DNA from: Acidobacteriota bacterium
GTDB lineage: Bacteria; Acidobacteriota; Polarisedimenticolia; Gp22-AA2
Direction of reading: 5' to 3'
Length of the DNA: 64,000 bases
Assembly: GCA_018606725.1 (NCBI GenBank)
Contig: JAGYID010000014.1
Span: 1,895 to 65,894, forward strand
The notes under the pieces were generated by a model. It searched no databases. It was not told the DNA's origin and was given only the letters and a program-made list of their open reading frames with translations. The position numbers were made by a program, and so were the translations under genes. This document shows positions 63,964-64,000 of this stretch, piece by piece (positions within the stretch are counted from its first letter, which is position 1; every line of letters begins with the position of its first letter).

Positions 63964-64000
63964 AGGCTTCCGGCAGGCGCTGCACCTGATCGTGGGGATT
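63948..64000 (+). CDS. Start of a probable ABC permease (TupB-like), truncated by the window edge.
   Basis: GGAGG RBS and an ATG overlapping the end of tupA. The hydrophobic N-terminus MRLIAEGFRQALHLIVGI runs off the window. Confidence 0.3.

Noticed and set aside
1-64000. CRISPR arrays, tRNA/rRNA genes, IS elements, integrases and phage genes.
   Set aside because: No short direct-repeat arrays, no tRNA-like cloverleaf candidates, and no transposase or integrase homologues were recognised in any frame. The window appears to be chromosomal core or accessory metabolism rather than a mobile element.

Overview
High-GC (about 70%) bacterial chromosomal window, densely coded on both strands. The gene calls below come from reading the six-frame translations. 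Many long ORFs on the opposite strand of real genes are GC-driven frame artefacts and were discarded. Main content, in order along the window: (1) a signalling and transport start: a sensor histidine kinase tail, an AI-2E transporter and a PAS-GGDEF-EAL protein; (2) an aryl-polyene / xanthomonadin-like type II PKS lipid cluster at about 8.0-20.1 kb, with ACP, KS, a translationally coupled KS-like partner, FabG-type ketoreductase, three SAM methyltransferases, an LpxL-like acyltransferase, an FkbO/Hyg5/XanB2-like chorismatase, a PHP phosphoesterase, and a LolA-like protein with a MacB/LolCDE-type ABC exporter; (3) a general-stress-like block: CBS, ferritin-like, CPXCG, YtxH, BON, OmpA and CsbD proteins, plus a cofactor-free haloperoxidase; (4) cell-wall L,D-transpeptidases and a CsgG-family protein; (5) a previously unnoticed family of three paralogous secreted peptides, each with a conserved PY(L/V)SAL(S/A)xLA segment and a 6-Cys C-terminal domain, two arranged divergently at about 31.8-32.5 kb and one at about 55.5-55.8 kb directly upstream of a CMD/AhpD-family gene; (6) redox and sulfur genes (1-Cys peroxiredoxin, a cysteine synthase-rhodanese fusion), a Ser/Thr kinase-TPR protein, a GT39-like membrane glycosyltransferase whose ORF has no stop codon, a SARP-like AAA-TPR regulator, and a PQQ-type sugar dehydrogenase-CHRD protein with a DNRLRE protein; (7) an arsenic/selenium/peroxide island with ArsS radical SAM, a CMD peroxidase-like protein, pirin, an SBP56 selenium-binding protein and a SCO1-dihaem cytochrome c peroxidase fusion; (8) a radical-SAM-rich end: a B12-rSAM-STAS fusion with a CrtI-like FAD oxidoreductase, a divergent second B12-rSAM, and a TupA-like tungstate-binding protein. 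No rRNA, tRNA, CRISPR or clear mobile elements were seen.
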